A stretch of DNA of 64,000 nt from Eledone cirrhosa (taxonomy: Eukaryota), in contig OZ024740.1 in NCBI GenBank assembly GCA_964016885.1, positions 364,870,001 to 364,934,000 on the forward strand, given 5' to 3'. Made by a program: the position numbers and the translations under genes. This document shows positions 1 through 15,000 of this stretch, piece after piece. Under the pieces are notes generated by a model. The model made no database searches and had not been told where the DNA came from. It saw nothing but the letters and a program-made list of their open reading frames with translations. Each line of letters begins with the position of its first letter. Positions within the stretch are counted from its first letter, which is position 1.

Positions 1-3000
1 ACAGTACTAACAATTAGCTAAACATATCCTCCCCCTTCTCTCAACCACAGTCAGTATATGTTCTATAGCAGTAACAATTAGCTAAACACATCCTCCTCCT
101 TCTCTCAACCACAGTCAGTATATGTTCTATAATACTAACAATTAGCTAAACATATCCTCCCCTTCTCTCAACCACAGTCGGTATATGTTTTATAGTACTA
201 ACAAATAGCTAAACATATCCTCTTCCTTCTCGCAACCACAGACAGTATATGTTCTATAGTACTAACAATTAGCTAAACATATCCTCCCCTTCTCTTAACC
301 ACAGTCAGTATATGTTCTATAGTACTAACAATTAGCTAAAGATATCCTCCCCCTTCTATCAACTACAGTCAGTATATGTTCTATAGTACTAACAATTAGC
401 TAAACATATCCTCCTCCTTCTCTCAACCACAGTCAGTATATGTTCTATAGTACTAACAATTATCTAAACATATCCTCTTCCTTCTCTCAACCACAGTCAG
501 TATATGTTCTATAATACTAACAATTAGCTAAACATATCCTCCCCTTCTCTCAACCACAGTCAGTATATGTTCTATAGTACTAACAGTTAGCTAAACATAT
601 CATGTTCCTTCTCTCAACCACAGTCAGTATATGTTCTATAGTACTAACAATTAGCTAAACATATCCACTTCCTTCTCTCAACCACAGTCAGTACATGTTC
701 TATAGTACTAACAATTAGCTAAACATATCCTCCCATTCACTCAAACACAGTCAGTATATGTTCTATAGCACTAACAATTAGCTAAACATGTCCTCCTCCT
801 TCTCTCAACTACAGTCAGTATATGTCCTATAGTACTAACAATTAGCTAAACATATCCTCCCCTCCTCTCAACCACAGTCAGTATATGTTCTATAGTGCTA
901 ACAATTAGCTAAACATTTCCTCTCCTCCTTTCAACCACAGCCAGTATATGTTCTATAGTACTAACAATTAGCTAAACATATCCTCCTCCTTCTCTCAACC
1001 ACAGTCAGTATATGTTCTATAGTACTAACAATTAGCTAAACATATCCTCTTCCTTCTCTCAACCACAGTCAGTATATGTTCTATAATACTAACAATTAGC
1101 TAAACATATCCTCCCCTTCTCTCAACCACAGTCAGTATATGTTCTATAGTACTAACAATTAGCTAAACATATCATGTTCCTTCTCTCAACCACAGTCAGT
1201 ATATGTTCTTTAGCACTAACAATTAGCTAAACATATCCTCCTCCTTCTCTCAACCACAGTCAGTATATGTTCTATAATACTAACAATTAGCTAAACATAT
1301 CCTCCCCTTCTCTCAACCACAGTCGGTATATGTTCTATAGTACTAACAAATAGCTAAACATATCCTCTTCCTTCTCGCAACCACAGTCAGTATATGTTCT
1401 ATAGTACTAACAACTAGCTAAACATATCCTCCCCTTTCTCTCAACTACAGTCAGTATATGTTCTATAGTACTAACAATAGCTAAACATATCCTCCCCTTC
1501 TCTCAACCACAGTCAGTATATGTTCTATAGTACTAACAATTAGCTAAACATATCCTCCTCCTTCCCTCAACCACAGTCAGTATTTGTTCTATAGTACTAA
1601 CAATTAGCTAAATATATCCTCCCCCTTCTCTCAACCACAGTCAGTATATGTTCTATAGTGCTAACAATTAGCTAAACATAACCCCTTCGTTCTCTGAACC
1701 ACAGTCAGTATATGTTCTATAGTATTAAAAATTTGCTAAACATACCCTCCCCTTCTCACAACTACAGTCAGTACATGTTCTATAATACTAACAATTAGCT
1801 AAACATATCCCCTTCCTTCTCTCAACCACAGTCAGTATATGTTCTATAGTACTAACAATTAGCTAAACATATCCTCCCCCTTCTCACAACCACAGTCAGT
1901 ATATGTTCTATAGTACTAACAATTAGCTAAACATATCCTCCTCCTTCTCTCAACCACAGTCAGTATATGTTCTATAGTACTAACAATTATCTAAACATAT
2001 CCTCTTACGTCTCTCAACCACAGTCAGTATATGTTCTATAGTACTAACAATTTGCTAAAGATACCCTCCCCTTCTCACAACTACAGTCAGTACATGTTCT
2101 ATAGTACTAACAATTAGCTAAACATATCCCCTTCCTTCTCTCAACCACAGTCAGTATATGTTCTATAGTACTAACAATTAGCTAAACATATCCTCCCCTT
2201 CTTTTAACCACAGTCAATATATGTTCTATAGTACTAACAATTAGCAAAACATATCCTCCTCCTTCTCTCAACCACAGTCAGTATATGTTCTATAGCACTA
2301 ACAATTAGCTAAACATATCCCCCCCCTTCTCTCAACTACAGTCAGTATATGTTCTATAGTACTAACAATTATCTAAACATATCCTCCCCTTCTCTCAACC
2401 ACAGTCAGTATATGTTCTATAGTACTAACAATTAGCTAAACATATCCTCTTCCTTCTCGCAACCACAGTCAGTATATGTTCTATAGTACTAACAATTAGC
2501 TAAACATATCCTCTTCCTTCTCTCAACCACAGTCAGTATATGTTCTATAGTACTAACAATTAGCTAAACATATCCTCCTCCTTCTCTCAACTACAGTCAG
2601 TATATGTCCTATAGTACTAACAATTAGCTAAACATATCCTCCCCTCCTCTCAACCACAGTCAGTATATGTTCTATAGTACTAACAATTAGCTAAACATTT
2701 CCTCTCCTCCTCTCAACCACAGTCAGTATATGTTCTATAGTACTAACAATTAGCTAAACATTTCCTCTTCCTTCTCTCAACCACAGTCAGTATATGTTCT
2801 ATAGTACTAACAATTAGCTAAACATATCCTCTTCCTTCTCGCAACCACAGTCAGTATATGTTCTATAGTACTAACAATTAGCTAAACATATCCTCTCCTT
2901 CTCTCAACCACAGTCAGTATATGTTCTATAGTACTAACAATTAGCTAAACATATACTCCCCTTCTCTCAACCACAGTCAGTATATGTTCTATAGTAGTAA

Positions 3001-6000
3001 CAATTAGCTAACATATCCTCCCCCTTCTCTCAACCACAGTCAGTATATGTTCTATAGTACTAACAATTAGCTAAACATATCCTCCTCCTTCTCTCAACCA
3101 CAGTCAGTATATGATCTATAGTACTAACAATTAGCTAAACATATCCTCCTCCTTCTCTCAACCACAGTCAGTATATGTTCTATAGTATTAACAATTATCT
3201 AAACATATCCTCTTACGTCTCTCAACCACAGTCAGTATATGTTCTATAGTACTAACAATTTGCTAAACATATCCTCCCCCTTCTATCAACTACAGTGAGT
3301 ATATGTTCTACAGTACTAACAATTAGCTAAACATATCCTCCCCCTTCTCTCAACCACAGTCAGTATATGTTCTATAGCACTAACAATTAGCTAAACATAT
3401 CCTCCTCCTTCTCTCAACCACAGTCAGTATATGTTCTATAATACTAACAATTAGCTAAACATATCCTCCCCTTCTCTCAACCACAGTCGGTATATGTTTT
3501 ATAGTACTAAATTAGCTAAACATATCCTCCCCCTTCTCACAACCACAGTCAGTATATGTTCTATAGTACTAACAATTAGCTAAACATTTCCTCTTCCTTC
3601 TCTCAACCACAGTCAGTATATGTTCTATAGTACTAACAATTAGCTAAACATATCCTCTTCCTTCTCGCAACCACAGTCAGTATATGTTCTATAGTACTAA
3701 CAATTAGCTAAACATATCCTCTCCTTCTCTCAACCACAGTCAGTATATGTTCTATAGTACTAACAATTAGCTAAACATATCCTCCCCTTCTCTCAACCAC
3801 AGTCAGTATATGTTCTATAGTAGTAACAATTAGCTAACATATCCTCCCCCTTCTCTCAACCACAGTCAGTATATGTTCTATAGTACTAACAATTAGCTAA
3901 ACACATCCTCCTCCTTCTCTCAACCACAGTCAGTATATGTTCTATAGTACTAACAATTAGCTAAACATATCCTCCCCCTTCTATCAACTACAGTCAGTAT
4001 ATGTTCTACAGTACTAACAATTAGCTAAACATATCCTACTCCTTCTCTCAACCACAGTCAGTATATGTTCTATAGTACTAACAATTAGCTAAACATATCC
4101 TCTTCCTTCTCTCAACCACAGTCAGTATATGTTCTATAGCACTAACAATTAGCTAAACATATACTCTTCCTTCTCTCAACCACAGTCAGTATATGTTCTA
4201 TAGTACTAACAATTAGCTAAACATATCCTCCCCCGTCTCTCAACCACAGTCAGTATATGTTCTATAGCACTAACAATTAGCTAAACATATCCTCCTCCTT
4301 CTCTCAACCACAGTCAGTATATGTTCTATAATACTAACAATTAGCTAAACATATCCTCCCCTTCTCTCAACCACAGTCGGTATATGTTCTATAGTACTAA
4401 CAAATAGCTAAACATATCCTCTTCCTTCTCGCAACCACAGTCAGTATATGTTCTATAGTACTAACAATTAGCTAAACATATCCTCCCCTTCTCTTAACCA
4501 CAGTCAGTATATGTTCTATAGTACTAACAATTAGCTAAACATATCCTACCCCTTCTATCAACTACAGTCAGTATATGTTCTATAGTACTAACAATTAGCT
4601 AAACATATCCTCCTCCTTCTCTCAACCACAGTCAGTATACGTTCTATAGTACTAACAATTAGCTAAACATATCCTGCTCCTTCTCTCAACCACAGTCAGT
4701 ATATGTTCTATAATACTAACAATTAGCTAAACATATCCTCCCCTTCTCTCAACCACAGTCGGTATATCTTCTATAGTACTAACAAATAGCTAAACATATC
4801 CTCTTCCTTCTCGCAACCACAGTCAGTATATGTTCTATAGTACTAACAATTAGCTAAACATATCCTCCCCTTTTCTTAACCACAGTCAGTATATGTTCTA
4901 TAGTACTAACAATTAGCTAAACATATCCTCCCCCTTCTATCAACTACAGTCAGTATATGTTCTATAGTACTAACAATTAGCTAAACATATCCTCCTCCTT
5001 CTCTCAACCACAGTCAGTATATGTTCTATAGTACTAACAATTAGCTAAACATATCCTCTTCCTTCTCTCAACCACAGTCAGTATATGTTCTATAATACTA
5101 ACAATTAGCTAAACATATCATCCCCTTCTCTCAACCACAGTCAGTATATGTTCTATAGAACTAACAATTAGCTAAACATATCATGTTCCTTCTCTCAACC
5201 ACAGTCAGTATATGTTCTATAGTACTAACAATTAGCTAAACATATCCACTTCCTTCTCTCAACCACAGTCAGTACATGTTCTATAGTACTAACAATTAGC
5301 TAAACATATCCTCCCATTCTCTCAAACACAGTCAGTATATGTTCTATAGCACTAACAATTAGCTAAACATATCCTCCTCCTTCTCTCAACTACATTCAGT
5401 ATATGTCCTATAGTACTAACAATTAGCTAAACATATCCTCCCCTCCTCTCAACCACAGTCAGTATATGTTCTATAGTACTAACAATTAGCTAAACATTTC
5501 CTCTCCTCCTTTCAACCACAGTCAGTATATGTTCTATAGTACTAACAATTAGCTAAACATTTCCTCTTCCTTCTCTCAACCACAGTCAGTATATGTTCTA
5601 TAGTACTAACAATTAGCTAAACATATCCTCTCCTTCTCTCAACCATAGTCAGTATATGTTCTATAGTACTAACAATTAGCTAAACATATCCTCCCCTTCT
5701 CTTAACCACAGTCAGTATATGTTCTATAGTAGTAACAATTAGCTAACATATCCTCCCCCTTCTCTCAACCACAGTCAGTATATGTTCTATAGTACTAACA
5801 ATTAGCTAAACACATCCTCCTCCTTCTCTCAACCACAGTCAGTATATGTTCTATAGTACTAACAATTAGCTAAACATATCCTCCCCCTTCTATCAACTAC
5901 AGTCAGTATATGTTCTACAGTACTAACAATTAGCTAAACATATCCTCCTCCTTCTCTCAACCACAGTCAGTATATGTTCTATAGTACTAACAATTAGCTA

Positions 6001-9000
6001 AACATATCCTCTTCCTTCTCTCAACCACAGTCAGTATATGTTCTATAGTACTAACAATTAGCTAAACATATCCTCCCCTTCTTTTAACCACAGTCAATAT
6101 ATGTTCTATAGTACTAACAATTAGCAAAACATATCCTCCTCCTTCTCTCAACCACAGTCAGTATATGATCTATAGTACTAACAATTAGCTAAACATATCC
6201 TCCTCCTTCTCTCAACTACAGTCAGTATATGTCCTATAGTACTAACAATTAGCTAAACATATCCTCCCCTCCTCTCAACCACAGTCAGTATATGTTCTAT
6301 AGTACTAACAATTAGCTAAACATTTCCTCTCCTCCTCTCAACCACAGTCAGTATATGTTCTATAGTACTAACAATTAGCTAAACATTTCCTCTTCCTTCT
6401 CTCAACCACAGTCAGTATATGTTCTATAGTACTAACAATTAGCTAAACATATCCTCTTCCTTCTCGCAACCACAGTCAGTATATGTTCTATAGTACTAAC
6501 AATTAGCTAAACATATCCTCTCCTTCTCTCAACCACAGTCAGTATATGTTCTATAGTACTAACAATTAGCTAAACATATCCTCCCCCTTCTCTCAACCAC
6601 AGTCAGTATATGTTCTATAGTACTAACAATTAGCTAAACATATCCTCCTCCTTCTCTCAACCACAGTCAGTATATGATCTATAGTACTAACAATTAGCTA
6701 AACATATCCTCCTCCTTCTCTCAACCACAGTCAGTATATGTTCTATAGTATTAACAATTATCTAAACATATCCTCTTACGTCTCTCAACCACAGTCAGTA
6801 TGTGTTCTATAGTACTAACAATTTGCTAAACATATCCTCCCCCTTCTATCAACTACAGTGAGTATATGTTCTACAGTACTAACAATTAGCTAAACATATC
6901 CTCCCCCTTCTCTCAACCACAGTCAGTATATGTTCTATAGCACTAACAATTAGCTAAACATATCCTCCTCCTTCTCTCAACCACAGTCAGTATATGTTCT
7001 ATAATACTAACAATTAGCTAAACATATCCTCCCCTTCTCTCAACCACAGTCGGTATATGTTTTATAGTAATAAATTAGCTAAACATATCCTCTTCCTTCT
7101 CGCAACCACAGACAGTATATGTTCTATAGTACTAACAATTAGCTAAACATATCCTCCCCTTCTCTTAACCACAGTCAGTATATGTTCTATAGTACTAACA
7201 ATTAGCTAAAGATATCCTCCCCCTTCTATCAACTACAGTCAGTATATGTTCTATAGTACTAACAATTAGCTAAACATATCCTCCTCCTTCTCTCAACCAC
7301 AGTCAGTATATGTTCTATAGTACTAACAATTATCTAAACATATCCTCTTCCTTCTCTCAACCACAGTCAGTATATGTTCTATAATACTAACAATTAGCTA
7401 AACATATCCTCCCCTTCTCTCAACCACAGTCAGTATATGTTCTATAGTACTAACAGTTAGCTAAACATATCATGTTCCTTCTCTCAACCACAGTCAGTAT
7501 ATGTTCTATAGTACTAACAATTAGCTAAACATATCCACTTCATTCTCTCAACCACAGTCAGTACATGTTCTATAGCACTAACAATTAGCTAAACATATCC
7601 TCCCATTCACTCAAACACAGTCAGTATATGTTCTATAGCACTAACAATTAGCTAAACATGTCCTCCTCCTTCTCTCAACTACAGTCAGTATATGTCCTAT
7701 AGTACTAACAATTAGCTAAACATATCCTCCCCTCCTCTCAACCACAGTCAGTATATGTTCTATAGTGCTAACAATTAGCTAAACATTTCCTCTCCTCCTT
7801 TCAACCACAGTCAGTATATGTTCTATAGTACTAACAATTAGCTAAACATTTCCTCTTCCTTCTCTCAACCACAGTCAGTATATGTTCTATAGTACTAACA
7901 ATTAGCTAAACATATCCTCCCCTTCTCTCAACCACAGTCAGTATATGTTCTATAGTAGTAACAATTAGGTAACATATCCTCCCCCTTCTCTCAACCACAG
8001 TCAGTATATGTTCTATAGTACTAACAATTAGCTAAACACATCCTCCTCCTTCTCTCAACCACAGTCAGTATATGTTCTATAGTACTAACAATTAGCTAAA
8101 CATATCCTCCCCCTTCTATCAACTACAGTCAGTATATGTTCTACAGTACTAACAATTAGCTAAACATATCCTCTTCCTTCTCTCAACCACAGTCAGTATA
8201 TGTTCTATAGCACTAACAATTAGCTAAACATATACTCTTCCTTCTCTCAACCACAGTCAGTATATGTTCTATAGTACTAACAATTAGCTAAACATATCCT
8301 CCCCCGTCTCTCAACCACAGTCAGTATATGTTCTATAGCACTAACAATTAGCTAAACATATCCTCCTCCTTCTCTCAACCACAGTCAGTATATGTTCTAT
8401 AATACTAACAATTAGCTAAACATATCCTCCCCTTCTCTCAACCACAGTCGGTATATGTTCTATAGTACTAACAATTAGCTAAACATATCCTCCTCCTTCT
8501 CTCAACCACAGTCAGTATATGTTCTATAATACTAACAATTAGCTAAACATATCCTCCCCTTCTCTCAACCACAGTCGGTATATGTTCTATAGTACTAACA
8601 AATAGCTAAACATATCCTCTTCCTTCTCGCAACCACAGTCAGTATATGTTCTATAATACTAACAATTAGCTAAACATATCCTCCCCTTCTCTCAACCACA
8701 GTCGGTATATGTTCTATAGTACTAACAATTAGCTAAACATATCCTCCCCTTCTCTTAACCACAGTCAGTATATGTTCTATAGTACTAACAATTAGCTAAA
8801 CATATCCTACCCCTTCTATCAACTACAGTCAGTATATGTTCTATAGTACTAACAATTAGCTAAACATATCCTCCTCCTTCTCTCAACCACAGTCAGTATA
8901 CGTTCTATAGTACTAACAATTAGCTAAACATATCCTGCTCCTTCTCTCAACCACAGTCAGTATATGTTCTATAATACTAACAATTAGCTAAACATATCCT

Positions 9001-12000
9001 CCCCTTCTCTCAACCACAGTCGGTATATCTTCTATAGTACTAACAAATAGCTAAACATATCCTCTTCCTTCTCGCAACCACAGTCAGTATATGTTCTATA
9101 GTACTAACAATTAGCTAAACATATCCTCCCCTTTTCTTAACCACAGTCAGTATATGTTCTATAGTACTAACAATTAGCTAAACATATCCTCCCCCTTCTA
9201 TCAACTACAGTCAGTATATGTTCCATAGTACTAACAATTAGCTAAACATATCCCCCCCTCCTCTCAACCACAGTCAGTATATGTTCTATAGTACTAACAA
9301 TTAGCTAAACATATCCTCCTCCTTCTCTCAACCACAGTCAGTATATGTTCTATAGTACTAACAATTAGCTAAACATATCCTCTTCCTTCTCTCAACCACA
9401 GTCAGTATATGTTCTATAATACTAACAATTAGCTAAACATATCCTCCCCTTCTCTCAACCACAGTCAGTATATGTTCTATAGTACTAACAATTAGCTAAA
9501 CATATCATGTTCCTTCTCTCAACCACAGTCAGTATATGTTCTATAGTACTAACAATTAGCTAAACATATCCACTTCCTTCTCTCAACCACAGTCAGTACA
9601 TGTTCTATAGTACTAACAATTAGCTAAACATATCCTCCCATTCTCTCAAACACAGTCAGTATATGTTCTATAGCACTAACAATTAGCTAAACATATCCTC
9701 CTCCTTCTCTCAACTACATTCAGTATATGTTCTATAGTACTAACAATTAGCTAAACATATCCTCCCCTCCTCTCAACCACAGTCAGTATATGTTCTATAG
9801 TACTAACAATTAGCTAAACATTTCCTCTCCTCCTTTCAACCACAGTCAGTATATGTTCTATAGTACTAACAATTAGCTAAACATTTCCTCTTCCTTCTCT
9901 CAACCACAGTCAGTATATGTTCTATAGTACTAACAATTAGCTAAACATATCCTCTCCTTCTCTCAACCATAGTCAGTATATGTTCTATAGTACTAACAAT
10001 TAGCTAAACATATCCTCCCCTTCTCTTAACCACAGTCAGTATATGTTCTATAGTAGTAACAATTAGCTAACATATCCTCCCCCTTCCCTCAACCACAGTC
10101 AGTATATGTTCTATAGTACTAACAATTAGCTAAACACATCCTCCTCCTTCTCTCAACCACAGTCAGTATATGTTCTATAGTACTAACAATTAGCTAAACA
10201 TATCCTCCCCCTTCTATCAACTACAGTCAGTATATGTTCTACAGTACTAACAATTAGCTAAACATATCCTCCTCCTTCTCTCAACCACAGTCAGTATATG
10301 TTCTATAGTACTAACAATTAGCTAAACATATCCTCTTCCTTCTCTCAACCACAGTCAGTATATGTTCTATAGCACTAACAATTAGCTAAACATATCCTCT
10401 TCCTTCTCTCAACCACAGTCAGTATATGTTCTATAATACTAACAATTAGCTAAACATATCCTCCCCTTCTCTCAACCACAGTCAGTATAAGTTCTATAGT
10501 ACTAACAATTAGCTAAAGATATCCACTTCCTTCTCTCAACCACAGTCAGTACATGTTCTATAGTACTAACAATTAGCTAAACATATCCTCCCATTCTCTC
10601 AACCACAGTCAGTATATGTTCTATAGTACTAACAATTAGCTAAACATATCCTCCTCCTTCCCTCAACCACAGTCAGTATATGTTCTATAATAGTAACAAT
10701 TAGCTAAACATATCTTCCCCTTCTCTCAATCACAGTCAGTATATGTTCTATAGTAATAACAATTAGCTAAACATATCCTCATCCTTCTCTAAACCACAGT
10801 CAGTATATGTTCTATAGTACTAACAACTAGCTAAACATATCCTCCCCCTTCTCTCAACCACAGTCAGTATATGTTCTATAATACTAACAATTAGCTAAAC
10901 ATATCCTCCCCTTCTCTCAACCACAGTCAGTATATGTTCTATAGTACTAACAATTAGCTAAACATATCATGTTCCTTCTCTCAACCACAGTCAGTATATG
11001 TTCTATAGTACTAACAATTAGCTAAACATATCCACTTCCTTCTCTCAACCACAGTCAGTACATGTTCTATAGTACTAACAATTAGCTAAACATATCCTCC
11101 CATTCTCTCAAACACAGTCAGTATATGTTCTATAGCACTAACAATTAGCTAAACATATCCTCCTCCTTCTCTCAACTACAGTCAGTATATGTCCTATAGT
11201 ACTAACAATTAGCTAAACATATCCTCCCCTCCTCTCAACCACAGTCAGTATATGTTCTATAGTACTAACAATTAGCTAAACATTTCCTCTCCTCCTTTCA
11301 ACCACAGTCAGTATATGTTCTATAGTACTAACAATTAGCTAAACATTTCCTCTTCCTTCTCTCAACCACAGTCAGTATATGTTCTATAGTACTAACAATT
11401 AGCTAAACATATCCTCTTCCTTCTCGCAACCACAGTCAGTATATGTTCTATAGTACTAACAATTAGCTAAACATATCCTCTCCTTCTCTCAACCACAGTC
11501 TGTATATGTTCTATAGTACTAACAATTAGCTAAACATATCCTCCCCTTCTCTCAACCACAGTCAGTATATGTTCTATAGTAGTAACAATTAGCTAACATA
11601 TCCTCCCCCTTCTCTCAACCACAGTCAGTATATGTTCAATGGTACTAACAATTAGCTCAACACATCCTCCTCCTTCTCTCAACCACAGTCAGTATATGTT
11701 CTATAGTACTAACAATTAGCTAAACATATCCTCCCCCTTCTATCAACTACAGTCAGTATATGGTCTACAGTACTAACAATTAGCTAAACATATCCTCCTC
11801 CTTCTCTCAACCACAGTCAGTATATGTTCTATAGTACTAACAATTAGCTAAACATATCCTCTTCCTTCTCTCAACCACAGTCAGTATATGTTCTATAGTA
11901 CTAACATTTAGCTAAACATATCCTCCCCCTTCTCTCAACCACAGTCAGTATATGTTCTATAGCACTAACAATTAGCTAAACATATCCTCCTCCTTCTCTC

Positions 12001-15000
12001 AACCACAGTCAGTATATGTTCTATAATACTAACAATTAGCGAAACATAGCCTCCCCTTCTCTCAACCACAGTCGGTATATGTTCTACAGTACTAACAATT
12101 AGCTAAACATATCCTCCTCCTTCTCTCAACCACAGTCAGTATATGTTCGATAGTACTAACAATTAGCTAAACATATCCTCTTCCTTCTCTCAACCACAGT
12201 CAGTATATGTTCTATAGCACTAACAATTAGCTAAACATATACTCTTCCTTCTCTCAACCACAGTCAGTATATGTTCTATAGTACTAACAATTAGCTAAAT
12301 ATATCCTCCCCCTTCTCTCAACCACAGTCAGTATATGTTCTATAGCACTAACAATTAGCTAAACATATCCTCCTCCTTCTCTCAACCACAGTCAGTATAT
12401 GTCCTATAGTACTAAGAGTTAGCTAAACATATCATGTTCCTTCTCTCAACCACATTCAGTATATGTTCTATAGTACTAACAATTAGCTAAACATATCCAC
12501 TTCCTTCTCTCAACCACAGTCAGTACATGTTCTATAGTACTAACAATTAGCTAAACATATCCTCCCATTCACTCAAACACAGTCAGTATATTTTCTATAG
12601 CACTAACAATTAGCTAAACATATCCTCCTCCTTCTCTCAACTACAGTCAGTATATGTCCTATAGTACTAACAATTAGCTAAACATATCCTCCCCTCCTCT
12701 CAACCACAGTCAGTATATGTTCTATAGTACTAACAATTAGCTAAACATTTCCTCTCCTCCTTTCAACCACAGTCAGTATATGTTCTATAGTACTAACAAT
12801 TAGCTAAACATTTCCTCTTCCTTCTCTCAACCACAGTCAGTATATGTTCTATAGTACTAACAATTAGCTAAACATATCCCCTTCCTTCTCGCAACCACAG
12901 TCAGTATATGTTCTATAGTACTAACAATTAGCTAAACATATCCTATCCTTCTCTCAACCACAGTCAGTATATGTACTATAGTACTAACAATTAGCTAAAC
13001 ATATCCTCCCCTTCTCTCAACCACAGTCAGTATAGGTTCTATAGTAGTAACAATTAGCTAACATATCCTCCCCCTTCTCTCAACCACAGTCAGTATATGT
13101 TCTATAGTACTAACAATTAGCTAAACACATCCTCCTCCTTCTCTCAACCACAGTCAGTATATGTTCTATAGTACTAACAATTAGCTAAACATATCCTCTC
13201 CCTTCTATCAACTACAGTCAGTATATGTTCTACAGTACTAACAATTAGCTAAACATATCCTCCTCCTTCTCTCAACCACAGTCAGTATATGTTCTATAGT
13301 ACTAACAATTAGCTAAACATATCCTCTTCCTTCTCTCAACCACAGTCAGTATATGTTCTATAGCACTAACAATTAGCTAAACATATCCTCTTCCTTCTCT
13401 CAACCACAGTCAGTATATGTTCTATAATACTAACAATTAGCTAAACATATCCTCCCCTTCTCTCAACCACAGTCAGTATAAGTTCTATAGTACTAACAAT
13501 TAGCTAAAGATATCCACTTCCTTCTCTCAACCACAGTCAGTACATGTTCTATAGTACTAACAATTAGCTAAACATATCCTCCCATTCTCTCAACCACAGT
13601 CAGTATATGTTCTATAGTACTAACAATTAGCTAAACATATCCTCCTCCTTCCCTCAACCACAGTCAGTATATGTTCTATAATAGTAACAATTAGCTAAAC
13701 ATATCTTCCCCTTCTCTCAATCACAGTCAGTATATGTTCTATAGTAATAACAATTAGCTAAACATATCCTCATCCTTCTCTAAACCACAGTCAGTATATG
13801 TTCTATAGTACTAACAACTAGCTAAACATATCCTCCCCCTTCTCTCAACCACAGTCAGTATATGTTCTATAATACTAACAATTAGCTAAACATATCCTCC
13901 CCTTCTCTCAACCACAGTCAGTATATGTTCTATAGTACTAACAATTAGCTAAACATATCATGTTCCTTCTCTCAACCACAGTCAGTATATGTTCTATAGT
14001 ACTAACAATTAGCTAAACATATCCACTTCCTTCTCTCAACCACAGTCAGTACATGTTCTATAGTACTAACAATTAGCTAAACATATCCTCCCATTCTCTC
14101 AAACACAGTCAGTATATGTTCTATAGCACTAACAATTAGCTAAACATATCCTCCTCCTTCTCTCAACTACAGTCAGTATATGTCCTATAGTACTAACAAT
14201 TAGCTAAACATATCCTCCCCTCCTCTCAACCACAGTCAGTATATGTTCTATAGTACTAACAATTAGCTAAACATTTCCTCTTCCTTCTCTCAACCACAGT
14301 CAGTATATGTTCTATAGTACTAACAATTAGCTAAACATATCCTTTCCTTCTCTCAACCACAGTCTGTATATGTTCTATAGTACTAACAATTAGCTAAACA
14401 TATCCTCCCCTTCTCTCAACCACAGTCAGTATATGTTCTATAGTAGTAACAATTAGCTAACATATCCTCCCCCTTCTCTCAACCACAGTCAGTATATGTT
14501 CAATGGTACTAACAATTAGCTCAACACATCCTCCTCCTTCTCTCAACCACAGTCAGTATATGTTCTATAGTACTAACAATTAGCTAAACATATCCTCCCC
14601 CTTCTATCAACTACAGTCAGTATATGGTCTACAGTACTAACAATTAGCTAAACATATCCTCCTCCTTCTCTCAACCACAGTCAGTATATGTTCTATAGTA
14701 CTAACAATTAGCTAAACATATCCTCTTCCTTCTCTCAACCACAGTCAGTATATGTTCTATAGTACTAACATTTAGCTAAACATATCCTCCCCCTTCTCTC
14801 AACCACAGTCAGTATATGTTCTATAGCACTAACAATTAGCTAAACATATCCTCCTCCTTCTCTCAACCACAGTCAGTATATGTTCTATAATACTAACAAT
14901 TAGCGAAACATAGCCTCCCCTTCTCTCAACCACAGTCGGTATATGTTCTACAGTACTAACAATTAGCTAAACATATCCTCCTCCTTCTCTCAACCACAGT

